The position numbers and the translations under genes were made by a program. 64,000 nt of DNA from a virus. The stretch spans positions 8,517-72,516 of IMG/VR virus record IMGVR_UViG_3300035698_010970. One strand, written 5' to 3'. The notes under the pieces were generated by a model, which was not told the DNA's origin, made no database searches, and saw only the letters and a program-made list of their open reading frames with translations. How positions within the stretch are numbered: position 1 is the first letter of the stretch; the number at the start of each line of letters is the position of its first letter. Shown here piece by piece: positions 45,675-58,500 of the stretch.

Positions 45675-46736
45675 TTAGAGGGCAGTGAACGGATCGTCAT
45701 CCGGCTCATCTGGCCACAAAGTATCGAATTCGGACAGGTTTTTCGTGTTGACCGTTTCAAAGTCCACAGTGTCTCCCTCGTAGGGCTTCGAGCCACCTTG
45801 TGCTTGTGCGAGGGATGCGCCCAATGACGTGATAAGATCCTCTTCTGGAAAGCCGGAGTCTCCTTTAGACAGTGCTGTAGCGGCATCGTTGAGGGAAAGA
45901 CCTGAAGCGGCGTTTCGCGGCTTCTTATCGTAGAAGATGTTGTCGATACTCTCGATGATGCGAACGATATGCAGATTCGCTTGGAATTCTCGGGGATCGG
46001 GAAGAGGAAGCCCTGAAACCGTGCCTCCGACCGCTTGCATGAGCATTTGATCCCGCTCTTGGGAAAATTGCTCACGAAGGTCCATGAGCTTGATGATCTT
46101 GGCTTCCAAGTTGTTGCGACGCTCTTGGATCGCCGGGTTGAGCCACCTTCTCCCCCGCTCCACTTGGCTTGCAATTCTTCCGTCAGCATCGCTGAGGTTG
46201 ATGATTCGTCCAATTCGACGGAAGGGGTAACGACCCCACCCTAGCCAGCCACCACTATCCGCCCCTCCAACTCCTCGACTGTCGCTGTCGGGAGCGATGA
46301 CCCCAAAGTGGGGCTGGTCATTACGAGTGTCCGGGACTTCAACATCGTTGATTTGCACGGAAGGATCAACGTCGGGGTCCTCTTCGGGGTTCAGAACGGA
46401 GTTGAACTCTACAAAATCCGGCTTGAGAAACAGGGAGATCTCCATGGGGTTGCCACCTAAAGCAAGGTAGACACCAATGAGCTTCTCTAGACTCGATCCC
46501 GAAGTGACCGAGAAACCTGTCCGAACTTCCGTAACCTCGTCAGCGATATCGAAGCTGCTGTCCGCAGCTACTACGGATTTTTTCCGAGCATAGAAGACCG
46601 TGATCTCTCCGACCTTTTGGATCTCGGCGTCGAGCACTGCCAACCTTGCGTTGACAGCTCTGCGCTCTTCCAGTGCGAAGGTTCGAAATTCTCTCCACTG
46701 CGTTTGTCTGAAACTACCTAGCCATCCAAAAGACAT
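45675..46736 (-). CDS. Hypothetical acidic protein with coiled-coil segments
   Basis: 353 aa; TAATG overlap with the upstream gene. Confidence 0.75.
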   Translation of the reverse strand: MSFGWLGSFRQTQWREFRTFALEERRAVNARLAVLDAEIQKVGEITVFYARKKSVVAADSSFDIADEVTEVRTGFSVTSGSSLEKLIGVYLALGGNPMEISLFLKPDFVEFNSVLNPEEDPDVDPSVQINDVEVPDTRNDQPHFGVIAPDSDSRGVGGADSGGWLGWGRYPFRRIGRIINLSDADGRIASQVERGRRWLNPAIQERRNNLEAKIIKLMDLREQFSQERDQMLMQAVGGTVSGLPLPDPREFQANLHIVRIIESIDNIFYDKKPRNAASGLSLNDAATALSKGDSGFPEEDLITSLGASLAQAQGGSKPYEGDTVDFETVNTKNLSEFDTLWPDEPDDDPFTAL

Positions 46737-49321
46737 TAGCCATCTCCTTGTACAAGGGCTTTGAACAGCTCAAGGGCCACGTTAGGAATGCCACCAGCAA
46801 GCAAGACAACTCCAGCACCGTATGCCGCTGGACTATCGAAAGGCTTGTTCTGAGCAGACACCAGTGCCTGCAGAGTGCCGTCTGTGCCGTTGGCAATAGT
46901 TACCAACCCACTCGCAGCAGGGAGCCCCACAAACAGTCGGAGCAAGTTCTGGATCATCGAGTTGATACGGTTCAACAAAGCCTGAAGCTCAATGATCCGA
47001 GACTGTAGGAACTCGATAAATCGCCTGATGAGATCTGTGATAGCGTTGAGGGCTGCTCGAATGCTTTTCAGGATTGCGAGAAGCTCGTCGAAGAACCTGT
47101 CCACATCCGGAAGGCCTTGCGGGAAGAGACGGATAGCGATCCACCCCTTCTCTTGGGGCCGTACAACCGGTCCAATCGCAATTCGAAGAGCAAAGGCAGC
47201 TTGCTCTAACACGTTGTCGGGTACGAGGTTGCGAATGAACTGCAGCTCTTCGAACGTCGATTTTTCGCGCTCATACAGAACCGGAGCCTTGTCTTCGGAG
47301 CCGGCAACTACCAGGTTGTTCTTCTTGGACGCTGCTTGGAAGAAGTGCGGTTCCCGGGCTAGGACCGCGGGATTGACAGTTTGGGTCTTGACGGAGGAAA
47401 CGTTGGGCGCTCCCGTGGCTTCGGGGTTCGGAGCAATGCCTTTCGTCAAGTCTGCCGAATAGAGCAGGCTCAGCAAGGACTCATCATTCAAGGTGTAGTT
47501 GAGAAGGTCCTCGCAGGCGTCTACGACAACTTGAGCGATAGTCGGCGACGGTGGGTTCTCAACAAAGAGATCGTTAGCCAAGTTGAGGGCCGAGCGGGCA
47601 GTCTTCTTGCGCCACTTCGACAAGTTCTCAGTGGTGTTGTAGTACTTGTCAATACGACGATCTCGACCCACAAGACGAGACATGATAAGGGCTGCTGCAT
47701 CCTCAAGCTGTGTGGGGAGCCTTGCCGTGCCAACGTAATCCGCCCAAAATCTGCTTGGGAGAATTCCGTTCGCGTCAGCATTCGCCTCTGTGGGGGGAAA
47801 GCTGATCGTCTCTAGAGTTGGAGGTGCACCGTTTACTCCGGGAATCTCTCTCGTTCGGACAGGAAGGTCTGCTCGACATAGCACCACAAGCAACAAAGCT
47901 TGTACGACGCACTTGAGGTACGCCTCAGTATTGGCGTCAGGAAAGACAATCTCAAACGGAGCAGAGGAAGGGCCAACGTCCTCGAAGTTGAACCCTAAAG
48001 CCATCGGGAACTCCACGGGGTCCGTACCATTGTCGATGGTGATCCTGTCAGCTTGGTATTGCCAATCTGCCTCGGATTCGATGTTGCGTGTTACGGCTCT
48101 AACCCGTACAAAGAACGAGTTTGGACGATCCCCAACTGTGACCTTAGTTTGACCACCGACTCCAATATCCCACGAAGCGCTCTTGGGCATCTCTTCAAAA
48201 GGAATGGTGATTCCGTACCCCTTACCGGGGAAGAAGAGGTTCTGACCAAAGGGAACGAAGAACGTTCGCTGTAGAAGGAACTCATTCCCTTGTTGCAGAT
48301 CGCTGAGCTGGATTGGAGCGGCATCAGCCAGGCTCTTCACGCCATAGACCCGAGCCCCCAAGGTCTTCCGTTCTCCCGTGAAACTCGTAGCTTTGTTCCA
48401 CTGAAGCTCGTCCGAGATCCGAAGTTGTTGGATGCCGCCGTAGAGCCGAATGGGCTGGCCATTGACGTTTACAGCTGTGCCAACGTCCGTGCCCTTGTTG
48501 TCCGGAGAAGCCTCGATAGCCCCCTTGGTGGGTTTGTCGTACTGAAGCAAGATCCCACTTGCTTCCGTTGAAACTTCGATCAGGAAGCCTCGGGGAGGTA
48601 GTTGAGCAAAGTTCGTTACGAAGTTGCCAGGAGCTGAAGCCATCTGCCACGTCAAGTTGACGGCATTGACCGTAGTGCTGACGTTTTGGTCTTTTCGGAA
48701 AGCTCGTGTAGGTAGTACGCCAGGCTTTCCGAACGAGAAAATGGACGCACCATCAAGACCGTACTTCGCCTGGACATTGGCGGGAGTGCCAAGCAAGGGT
48801 TTGAGATCGATCTTCTGGTTGAAGAGATTCATGATGCCCCGAATGAGGGCAAGCAACCTATCAACAGCAGTCAGGTCAACCGACAAGTACAAGAAGACCG
48901 AGATGACCGTGGATAGAGAAGAAATGTTCGGTCGGTTGGGATCTCGTCGGTCAACGAGACGAGAGATCATGCGCTTCTCGTATGCCGAGAACCCACCTCG
49001 AAGGTCCTTGAACTCAGGTCCTTCTAGGATGTAGAAGTCCCCGTGGATATACAGGCCCGCTTGTCTTAGGTCGTTGAGAATGGCTTCAATAAGCGCTAGG
49101 AGAGCTTCGATAAGCGCGATGATAGGATCGAGGAAGCCAATCGCAAAGGTCTTGAGGACCTCAAGGATCTGGAGAAGGATGTTGAGGATGTTGATGAGCG
49201 CCGTGAAGAACGCATCAACAGCTTGGCGAACACCTTCCAGAAAATCGGGAATAGCAAGATTGACAGTCTGCCATTCACCGACTGCTCCCGCTGCTCCTCC
49301 ACCAAATTCTGGGTTCGCCAT
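46736..49321 (-). CDS. Virion protein with long hydrophobic/amphipathic helices at both ends
   Basis: 861 aa; FFTALINILNILLQILEVLKTFAIGFLDPIIALIEALLALIEAIL and a similar C-terminal helical block. Confidence 0.7.
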   Translation of the reverse strand: MANPEFGGGAAGAVGEWQTVNLAIPDFLEGVRQAVDAFFTALINILNILLQILEVLKTFAIGFLDPIIALIEALLALIEAILNDLRQAGLYIHGDFYILEGPEFKDLRGGFSAYEKRMISRLVDRRDPNRPNISSLSTVISVFLYLSVDLTAVDRLLALIRGIMNLFNQKIDLKPLLGTPANVQAKYGLDGASIFSFGKPGVLPTRAFRKDQNVSTTVNAVNLTWQMASAPGNFVTNFAQLPPRGFLIEVSTEASGILLQYDKPTKGAIEASPDNKGTDVGTAVNVNGQPIRLYGGIQQLRISDELQWNKATSFTGERKTLGARVYGVKSLADAAPIQLSDLQQGNEFLLQRTFFVPFGQNLFFPGKGYGITIPFEEMPKSASWDIGVGGQTKVTVGDRPNSFFVRVRAVTRNIESEADWQYQADRITIDNGTDPVEFPMALGFNFEDVGPSSAPFEIVFPDANTEAYLKCVVQALLLVVLCRADLPVRTREIPGVNGAPPTLETISFPPTEANADANGILPSRFWADYVGTARLPTQLEDAAALIMSRLVGRDRRIDKYYNTTENLSKWRKKTARSALNLANDLFVENPPSPTIAQVVVDACEDLLNYTLNDESLLSLLYSADLTKGIAPNPEATGAPNVSSVKTQTVNPAVLAREPHFFQAASKKNNLVVAGSEDKAPVLYEREKSTFEELQFIRNLVPDNVLEQAAFALRIAIGPVVRPQEKGWIAIRLFPQGLPDVDRFFDELLAILKSIRAALNAITDLIRRFIEFLQSRIIELQALLNRINSMIQNLLRLFVGLPAASGLVTIANGTDGTLQALVSAQNKPFDSPAAYGAGVVLLAGGIPNVALELFKALVQGDG

Positions 49322-49325
49322 CTAA

Positions 49326-49580
49326 CTACCTGCCCCCGCCGTACTTCAACCGGTTGAGCTTCATGTTCAGCTCAGCGATCTTGTTCTGGTCTTCCTTGAT
49401 CTGATTGCCGAGAAGCTCCTTGAGGTTCTCAAGACCTCCAGCGATACGCTTGAACGAAGGGATCGTGAAGGCTTCAGCGTCCCCAGAAGGCTCCGTGTTC
49501 TCCCAAGTGCCCACAGGAATTTCCATCTCGTCCAGCACCTTCTGTGCTTCTTCGATCGTGATGTCTTCGTCCTTCTTCAT
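49326..49580 (-). CDS. Small coiled-coil protein
   Basis: 84 aa; ATGA overlap with the giant gene. Confidence 0.7.
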   Translation of the reverse strand: MKKDEDITIEEAQKVLDEMEIPVGTWENTEPSGDAEAFTIPSFKRIAGGLENLKELLGNQIKEDQNKIAELNMKLNRLKYGGGR

Positions 49581-52500
49581 TCTGTCGCATCCTGTAGGGC
49601 TTTGGCCTTCTTCTGCTCGTTGGCTTGCTTGCGCAGCTGCTTCGGCAACTCTCGTTCCCGGATCGTGATCTGCCTAATGTAACCATCTTCACGGTTAACG
49701 CGAGCGCTAATCCATGAGAGCCGCAAAGGTCGGAATTGGTCGTTGTTGTCCAACACGTCATCAAGGAGATCCGTCAACACAGGTCGTCCGTCTCCCTCCG
49801 GAGCCGCAGGGTTGCCCGCATTGTCCTCGAAGGTTGAGTACGTTGGTGCGCCAGGCTGTTGGAAAGGACGCTCAGCGTCCAGCCTCGTGTCTCCTACCCA
49901 GAACCGTCGGTCAAGGACCGAGAGACAGTCCGTGGCATTCGCAAAGGGGGAAACTTGCGCTACTCCCGCGAGACCTTCCACAAAGACGTTGCTGAGGACT
50001 CCGAGTCCTTCGTCAGGGATGAGTGGGTTCCCAAGGTCCGAGATGTGTGCGTCACGCTGGAACACGAAGTAGCTGCCGCCTTTCCTGCCTTGGAATAGTA
50101 CGTTGAACTCCTCGATGAAGCTGAGGGTCCTCTCTCGCATCAACAAGACGAGATCGATAGCCTCATCACTAAACAGTGGTGAGGGCCTGAAAACTCGATA
50201 GGAGATAGGCGCCACGGAAAAGAGGTTGCCTCCGAACGAGTCCGCAGGGGAGCCCAGCTGTCCCGCGTATGCCGTGGGACGAAGGTCTTGCTGCCCCTCT
50301 TGACCCCCCGAGTTGAAGGCTGCCGCAGAGGCACTCACAGTTGGAAGTACGGCATACTCAGCGACACTACCGAAGGTAACGTTGTCTCCTGCAAATTCCC
50401 CGGAGAACTCCGAAGCCGGGCTCACCAAAATCTCGGCAGTCGTGGTCTCTCGAACCCGATACCAACCTCGGTTATCGTCTAGCTCGGAGGGTTGCCCAGC
50501 GATGAAGGGAACTTGCTGACCGACTGAAGCCACAGTTCGGTTGGGAACCGAACGATCTCCGAAGGGCCTCACACCGAACTCGGGACCCGTCACCGGGATA
50601 GCCCCCCCGATCCCTGACAAGGCGCCGGAAGGATCAATCAAAAGGATGTCGCCCTCTTCGATTCCCAAGCTTCCAAAGTTGATTGACGTGTCCGTATCTC
50701 TCAACCCACGTGGTTCCACAGGATCAGTCTTCGCAGGAACGTAGCCTCCCTCTTGAGTCGAGAAGTCTCCCGTTCTCTCGAAGAGCACTCGGTCTGTGAT
50801 GAGGTCTAGGAGCTGCGCGTTGCTTTGCTCATGGGGGACCGGCACAAATCTCAAGTAGATCTCGAAGGAAAGGCCCGCCACGTTTGGCGTCGCAACATTG
50901 ACGATTCCGGGAGCCTTGAGCAGGATCCTTTCTGCGTCCAGCACAGCTGCAATCTCGACTTGATCGACAAGGTTCCCGTCTGCATCGAGAAGACGCAGCA
51001 TGTCTCCCGGGTTCACGTTGACATTGGGATCGTCAAACCCACCGAGCTGAGTACCTCCGGTAGACCGAAGAACGAAAGGCCAAACGTCTCCCGTGGGAGG
51101 CACAGCCTGAGCACCGAAGGAAGCCACTGTTCCTCGACGGATCTCGTACACGTAACGTAGGGGCTCAATAGCAGCCGCAACGTCATCTTGCTGTAGATGG
51201 AACCGTCGGATGCGGCGAACTTCAAAGGTGACGCGTTCCGGAGATACGGCACCAAAAGCCGTTGAGCTACGGAAGCCCACTGCTGCAAGCGCCGAGTTGT
51301 TGTTGATGTCGACCACACGAGACGCAATTCCCGTGAGATCGAGGACAGGTCGGGGAGACGTGGGCTCAAGGAAGACTCCAGCTTGCGCCCTGAAGCCTGG
51401 GTTCACGCCATCAGAAGTCGTGATGCGGTCTCCAGGGAACAAGCAGTCTACAGCCGTAGCCACACCACCATGGAGCGTTGTCCAGTTAGCCGTGGAGACA
51501 TCCCAACGAAGAAGGGAGGCCACGCTAGGATACACAATCGCATCCTCGTCAATCTGGAAAGTTGTCGTAGCTACCGGAGTGTGTTCGAGAACACGGATCT
51601 CGTTTGCCGCAGGGTTGCCCCCTTCAAGAATGTCCCCATCCGGACCGCCAGCAAAGGAGAATGAGAGCGAGCCAATCAGGTCAGGGTTTTCGAAGGTGAT
51701 CTCTCCGAACCCAAAAGCGGAGTTGTACGCACCAGCTTGGCGGTAACCTACGAGGTTCCGAGGAAGCCCCGTACCTGCACGGTCCATCCGTACCTCAGCA
51801 GCTGTGAACCCTGAAACGTAGGTGCCCTCAATACCGAGAAGAGCACCAATGGCAACGCCGCCACCGTTTGCGTCTTGCACCGGCGCAACGATATCGAAGA
51901 CCCCCGTGTTTACGTTGAATCCTGTGTAGGCAACGCTAAGGGTTTGGGCGATATCTCCGGTGTTGACCAGGAAGTACAAGCGACCCGTAGCTGGCCAAGC
52001 CGTTTCACCATTTGAAAGTCGCGCGGTGGAGAGGGTAATCTCTAACCCTAGGATGTTGACGCTCGTAACTGTGGGGAACTCCAACTGGAGCCACCCTTGA
52101 CCTGCGTTCAACGGAGCACTAGTTGCTGTTAACTCCAACGCTTGGAACTCCTCAGCAGCATCCGGTTGAATAGCGTGCTTTACGACGTAGGTCCCGGCTT
52201 TCGTTGTTGCGGACGTCAAAGCAGCTTCAGACTGCGAAACGACCAGAACGTCTCCCGGCTCAATGCTGGCGAGGTTCCCTGCTGCCAGGTCTACGAAGTC
52301 TACGGCCACCCGGTTATCCAAGTCTGGATCAATAGAGGCAGCCTCGCAGGTACCGACACCTTGAGCGATGACGCCATCCTCATCTTGCGAGGAGGATGGC
52401 AGGGCCGAGAACGTGACGCCAGTCTCCTGGATTGGTGTGTTGCTGAAGCCCTCGAAAGCCGGAACTTTGACAGAGCCAATCCCTGTAAAGAGATCGAAGG

Positions 52501-55500
52501 TACCAACAGGCGGGAACGTGTTAGAGCGACTCAGGAACGTGAAGGGTGCTCCACCGTTTACAGACGCCGGAGCATTGACGGTGATGTCTTCAGATCCGGG
52601 ACCGGATACGAAGTCCACAGAGAGTTGGCTAAGAACGGGCTGCCCGTCGACCGCTCCAACGTCGCGCTCAATTACCGACCGCATATCGATGTTCTCCTGG
52701 AACGTCAAGCGGTCACCCAAGATGGCTCCGGACGTGGAGGACCCGCTTGCCGAGGTCGTGTCTACATCAACCGTGAACCACAAAGGCCGAGAGAATCCCG
52801 GGTTTCCCGGGTCTTCAGGTACGTCAGACGCACCAAGCCCGACGTTCAGAAAGGCTGCCGCGGTTTGCACAGTGAGCATTTGCTGCTCGAACGTCGGCTG
52901 CACTGCGACGGCTTGCGGACCTAGACCTGAGAACAATGCCTCAGCCGTGGGTGCACCGTTGTTCATTCGAAGCTCAATCGCGCCTACGTACACAACCGGG
53001 TTGACGCCATCTGAAGCAGTCCAAACATGGATTGTGATGATGTTGTCGTTGTTGGGGTAAGCGAAGGCTCCTGCAGGGCTCAGGATATCGTTGAATCCTC
53101 CGTTGCTACCCGCGGGCTGGCCGTCGTTGAACACCTGGAAGCCGGGTGAAACCGAGGTCGTGTCAAACGTCGTGGTTGCAGCACCAAAGGTGTTGATGAC
53201 CATCCCAGGCGGGTTCCCTACCGGGCTCTGGTTGATGAAGCTCTGAATGGAGCGGAAGCTGTATCGGATACGGCTCGTCAGCGCTGTAGGCGTGACAAAC
53301 CGGGGAGGCTCAAGGACACTTCCCCCTGCTCCACCGGAAACGGCTCCGACAGACAGCAAGCCTTGCGATCCAAAGGGGATGCCGGCTTGAGGGCTCTCCA
53401 CAAACAAGAAGTCGAAGGCAGCAACGTCGCCGATTCCCGAGTTGGGAGCGTAGCCCCCAGCCGTTGCAACAGGAGTCGCATCCAAGCTCGTAAGAAGCTG
53501 TGCGGCTACGATTGCTCCGTCCAAGCCTTGAACCTCATCGGGATAGACTGCACCAGGCAAGGGTGAATCCAAGCCCAGCAGGTTTTCGAAAGCGATCTTT
53601 GCTTGCCCAAGACGGTCTAGCTCAGTGTTCTGAGCATACAGGTACGGAAGCGTGTAGTCTCCGTCATCATTGACGAACCCTCCCGTGAGTGCGGGAATCT
53701 TCGCAGGCTCCGTGAGGCTGTTCGAGAACCGAACGTCGGCTTCGAGGTACTCCAACGGGTTTGGAGTTTTCTGCCCAAAGATCTCCTTGACGGGGAAGAG
53801 CGGATCTCGAATCGAGGGCATGGAAATGTCCACGTACTCCCCATCTCCATTGTCCACGCGAACATCGAAGCCGACTCGGAAGTTCGGGATGCCTTCAGCC
53901 TGAGCTTCCTTCTCCGCATTATCCGGAGGATCTGAAGACTGGAAGTCTACTTGAGGGGGAGCAATGAAGATAGTGTCTCCGCGCTCCAGCGTCAGAGGTT
54001 CTGCGGTGTCCTCATCGAGCCCTTGCTCAAGGATATCTGCTGCGGTGGAGATGGAGTCTCCGTCATCATCCACAAACGTGATGATGCACCCTTGCAAAAT
54101 CTCCTCAACGAAGATGCGCTTAGGAAGCGTGATGTTATCCAGCCCAAAGGGCAGAGAGGACGTCTTTGACGTGACGATGTCGACGATAGCTCCCGTAGGT
54201 CGTCCAAAAGTGACTTGTGGATAGCGTCGATCATCACTGTTGAACGTGAAGAAGGCGGGAGTCAGAAGATCCGGGTCTCCTGTTGTGAGGTCTGGAAGGT
54301 CTCCCCCGTTCGCTAGCAATTGCGCAACATCAGGGAAGCCGTCATCCCGGAGTGGGAAGTCGTGCAGAGGAAGAACCGTAGCGATGACCGCAGGTCGGGG
54401 ATCTCCAATGAACGAGATGTCGATCTCTGGGAACCCCGTAGGAGAATACGCAAAGATCCGAGCCCGAGGCAAACGCTTCCGAACGGAGATACCGGAGATG
54501 CCTGTCAGCTGCCCTAGAACCGGGTTCCCAACATCGCCGATGGACTTGAAGAACGTCGAAGCTCGACGGCGGCCCCCTCCACCCTTGAAGTTGAGCAGCT
54601 CTTTGATCTTCAGGAAAGAGTAGACGCCGGGATTGACGGGTGAGGCGTCGAGATCAGATCCGATGCCCGGATCCGTAAGCGTGAAAGCTCCCGCAGACTC
54701 CGGGAACAGACGGGAGAAAGAGCTTGGCTCACTGGTCTTGCGGTATTTGCCAAAGGCTTCCAACCGGAAAGGATTAAGGCGCAGACGCTTACGTGTACGA
54801 GATACCAGGACGATGTCGTCGATGTCGTTCGCCACCAAATCCCTTTGCTGGTTGATCAACTCTCCGAGCAAGTCAGGATCTATGAAACTTCCAACAACGC
54901 TGTCTCCCGACAAGCTTGCATCGTTTGGATCTACGAGTGGGTCTCGTGTCAGGTGAGTAATGCTGCGGTTGTAGGCGAAGAACAACTCCGAGAATACGTT
55001 GCGACGGTTGAGATCACCAGTGATAGCGTTCTCGAAGCCGGGAGGAGGAATTTCTCGATCACGACCAACGTAGAACTGAAACTTACCATCCCGGTCTCCT
55101 ACGATGTCCCCCGTGATGGTCTCTCGAACCTGCTCGAAAGCCCGAATAGTGCGGTTGTAGAAGTCGATGAAAATACGAGCTGCCCGGTCTTGGTCTTCGA
55201 TATCCGAAATCTGTGCTCGAAGGCCGACGTTGCCTTGGTCATGGTTGACGATTGAAGGCGGAATAGCAGCAATGGCTCCCCGAGAGGGTAGCCGTGCCAC
55301 TGCGTCTTGAGCGATGTCCGTGCCAACTTCGGACAGGTAACCAAGGACCGGGACAGTACGGTAGAAGAAGTTGTCCGGGTTCGAGAACGTATACTTCGCA
55401 CGAAGAATCTCCCCTGTGACCCCTGCTCCATCTTCTCCTTGGAGGTTCAAGACGCGCGTGTATGAAGCCAAGAACCGTGGCGTAACTACCACTCCGTCTT

Positions 55501-58500
55501 GGACGAACGGCGCGAGCACATCAAGTTGAGTGTGCCTGAGATAAAGAACTTGCCCAGACCGCAGAGGGCTTTGTTGAAGGCTAAGGAACTCGACGGAGCC
55601 GGAGTCGAAGTCGATGTTGTACTCGACCGACTGTCGGAGCGTGCGCCCAGGAAGTAAGTGGCCAGCAGCATCAGTCTCTCCAAACAAAATCAGCTCGAAG
55701 CTGTCTTCAGACAAAACAGGTCCTCTCCCCAAGAACTCCGTAGGAGAAGGCGAGTACACCGGACGAATCGTGATGCGAACATTGTCGAACCCGGATGCAA
55801 ACCCCGTGGGAGAAGCAGAAGTGAGATCGACCGTGGTTCGCGTGCCATCCTCGTTGAGGTTGGACCCCGCAACGACAAAGGGGTAGCCCCCGATCTCGAT
55901 CAGGTGACCTGCGACGGCAACCGAAGTTACGTCTCCAAAGAATACGACCGATAGGGATCCCTTGTTGATGGGCTCATACGCGTTTGGTACGTTGAACCAG
56001 ATCCCCTCAGCGGCATTCGGATTGTACGCCTTCGTGACGGGGCGATCTGAGATGAGCGTAAGGACGTCATTACCAGGAGCCAGCGTTCCGGCGTCCTGAT
56101 TCTTACCCGTCTTCGGAGTGACTCCAACAGCTGTCTCGTTCGCACCTGCATCGTAGGTTACGGAGGTGACATAGAAGGGGCTCGGACCAACGCGAAGCAC
56201 TTTGCCGGGAATAACGTCTGCCGTACGGTTCCCCTCCAAGATGAACGAATCGGAGTCTGCGGGGATTCGGAAGGGAGGACGGTACACCGGAGGCGAAGAA
56301 ACCGTGAAGGCTTGCTCCCCCCCAAAGGTCTCATTCACAGGGTAGGTGACCAGGACTTGTGTATCTGCTCCTACAGGCTCCTGCAAGATGAGTTGGTTCG
56401 CATCAAAGTCGATACCGACAACGGGAGAAGCGGATCCACCCACGTTCGCGAGGTTGTTCCCCACATAGACTTGGAAGGCGTCTTCCAAGTCTTGCCGAAG
56501 GGTCTTACCTTCTGGGTTGAAGTTGAGCCTTTTGCCAAAATCTGAGGGGGGGTTACCGCTTGAAGGAAGCGCAGGAAGCGTGGCGAGTTCCCGGTCTACG
56601 AAGAAAGGCAGGTTTTCGATGATCTTGATGGGGTTCCCGTCTTCACCAAGGTCCAGGTCTCCCGATCCTGCCTTAGCGCGGAAGTATTCGACTTCGATGA
56701 CTGTGCCCGCATCGAGCGGGGTTGCGAAGAGTACCGAACCCTGAATGGGGCTGATAGTAACGTCTTGCCCGTTCTCCGTAACCATTTGCTCTTCGAAGTA
56801 GACGTTCTCTCCTCCGTAGCTTGCAAGATCGTCGGCTGAGAAGTTCAGCAACCCTGTGCTGATTTGGTACTCCACAGCTCCCGCTGGCAAGATCGTGGGA
56901 CTCGCGTTCGGACTCGCAAACTCTTCGATGTAGTACACCTCGGCATTTCGCAACTCAGCGAACACCTGATCTCCGAAGTTGAGCAGTCCGCCGTCTTGGA
57001 CTTCAATCAAGTTTCCGGCAAGCGGGCTGGAGACTGCTCCAGCTACTCGAACAAGATTGCCCTCTGCAAACGTGAAGCTCTTCGTACCAACTCGCACGGA
57101 GAAGTCTCCGTTAGAGAACCTTTCCCCTGCGGGGTCAGGAACTCTAAGCAGGCCGTTGATGATCTCCCCCAAGAAAACCTGCTGCAACGCCACCATTGTG
57201 CCCCTGGGGCTTGCGTTAGGCGTTCCAAACCGCATCTGGAAAGTGCGTCCAGACTCTAGTGCACGAGTGATGTTGGCGCTCAGACGATCCGACTTTTGAA
57301 GAGCGGGACTCGTAGGCACTTCGCCAACGGTTGCTAACGTACGAATAGCGAACGGCTCGCTTTGGAGGTGGTTGAACTGAAGGTACTGGACATCAGCAAT
57401 GATGCCCGTGTTGTTCTCGTCTTCGCTGGGGACTTCGTACAGCTCCCAGGACTCTCCAGACCCCGAAGCTTCCAATGGAGGAGAGACCTCCAACTCGTCG
57501 GAAACCGACGCATCCGCTGTGACAACATACGTTCCCCGAACCTCTTCGGGGCCCGAGGCGATTTTGAGGTGCCAACCTCGTTTTACCCCCAGAGTAACGA
57601 AGTCCGTCTCGGAATCCGCATCTGAGAAGGTGGCGCCAGGGATCCAGAACCCTCGAACACCGAGGGCTTTTCGAGGGCCCACGGTTGTGGTGAGGCGAGC
57701 AATTCCAGGTTGCGCGATAGCGTTGGGGTCTCCGTTGAGGAGCGTGTAACTATCCCCGAAGGTTTGGACAACAAACGGGCCGCCATCATCCGAGACACGT
57801 AATCCCTTACCGGGGAGACGTAGCGACTGTTCAAAGACCAAAGGTGCGCCCAACTGAAGATCCGTCGTGGGGACGTTGATCACCGAGAACTGCGACTTCT
57901 CTTCGGCCCACACGAAACGTCGGAACCCAAACTGGTGGACGACTTCCTCGTAAGGCTCCAAGTTCTGAGAAGCAAGTCCGGTCTGGAGGCGGAAGAAAAC
58001 GTTCTCATTGTAGCCTGGCTGGTCCTCCAGTGGAACTCGATCCAGAAGAACGACGGGACTTGCAGAGATACTTCCCGAAAGCACAACATCATCTAGCTGC
58101 GCTGTGTGGGAGATATCAGAGATGTCTTTCTTCCGGCCATCAGCATTGATGGGGCTACGGAAAACACCAAGGTGAGTCCCATTATCCGACAACCAGTGGA
58201 TATCAGTCGGAGTCGGGTTGGCTGGGGCGGTGATGTTGACTCCCCACCCGGGCAAGAAGCCCAAGGCCCTCGGGCCCGAGAAGTCTCGGGAGTTTCCGGG
58301 ACCAAAACCGATTTCGATCTGCCCCACGCTAATGCCACCACTCACCGTTCCGGTGCCTAGAACAATGCGACCTTGGAAGACCGAAGCTTGTCCAGAAACC
58401 GTGATTACGGCATTGAGGGACTCCGCGATCTCCGAAGACGTGAAGGTGCCACCTTCGCTAGTCTGGACTCCACCAGGGTTAGCCGAGGCATTCCACAGGT

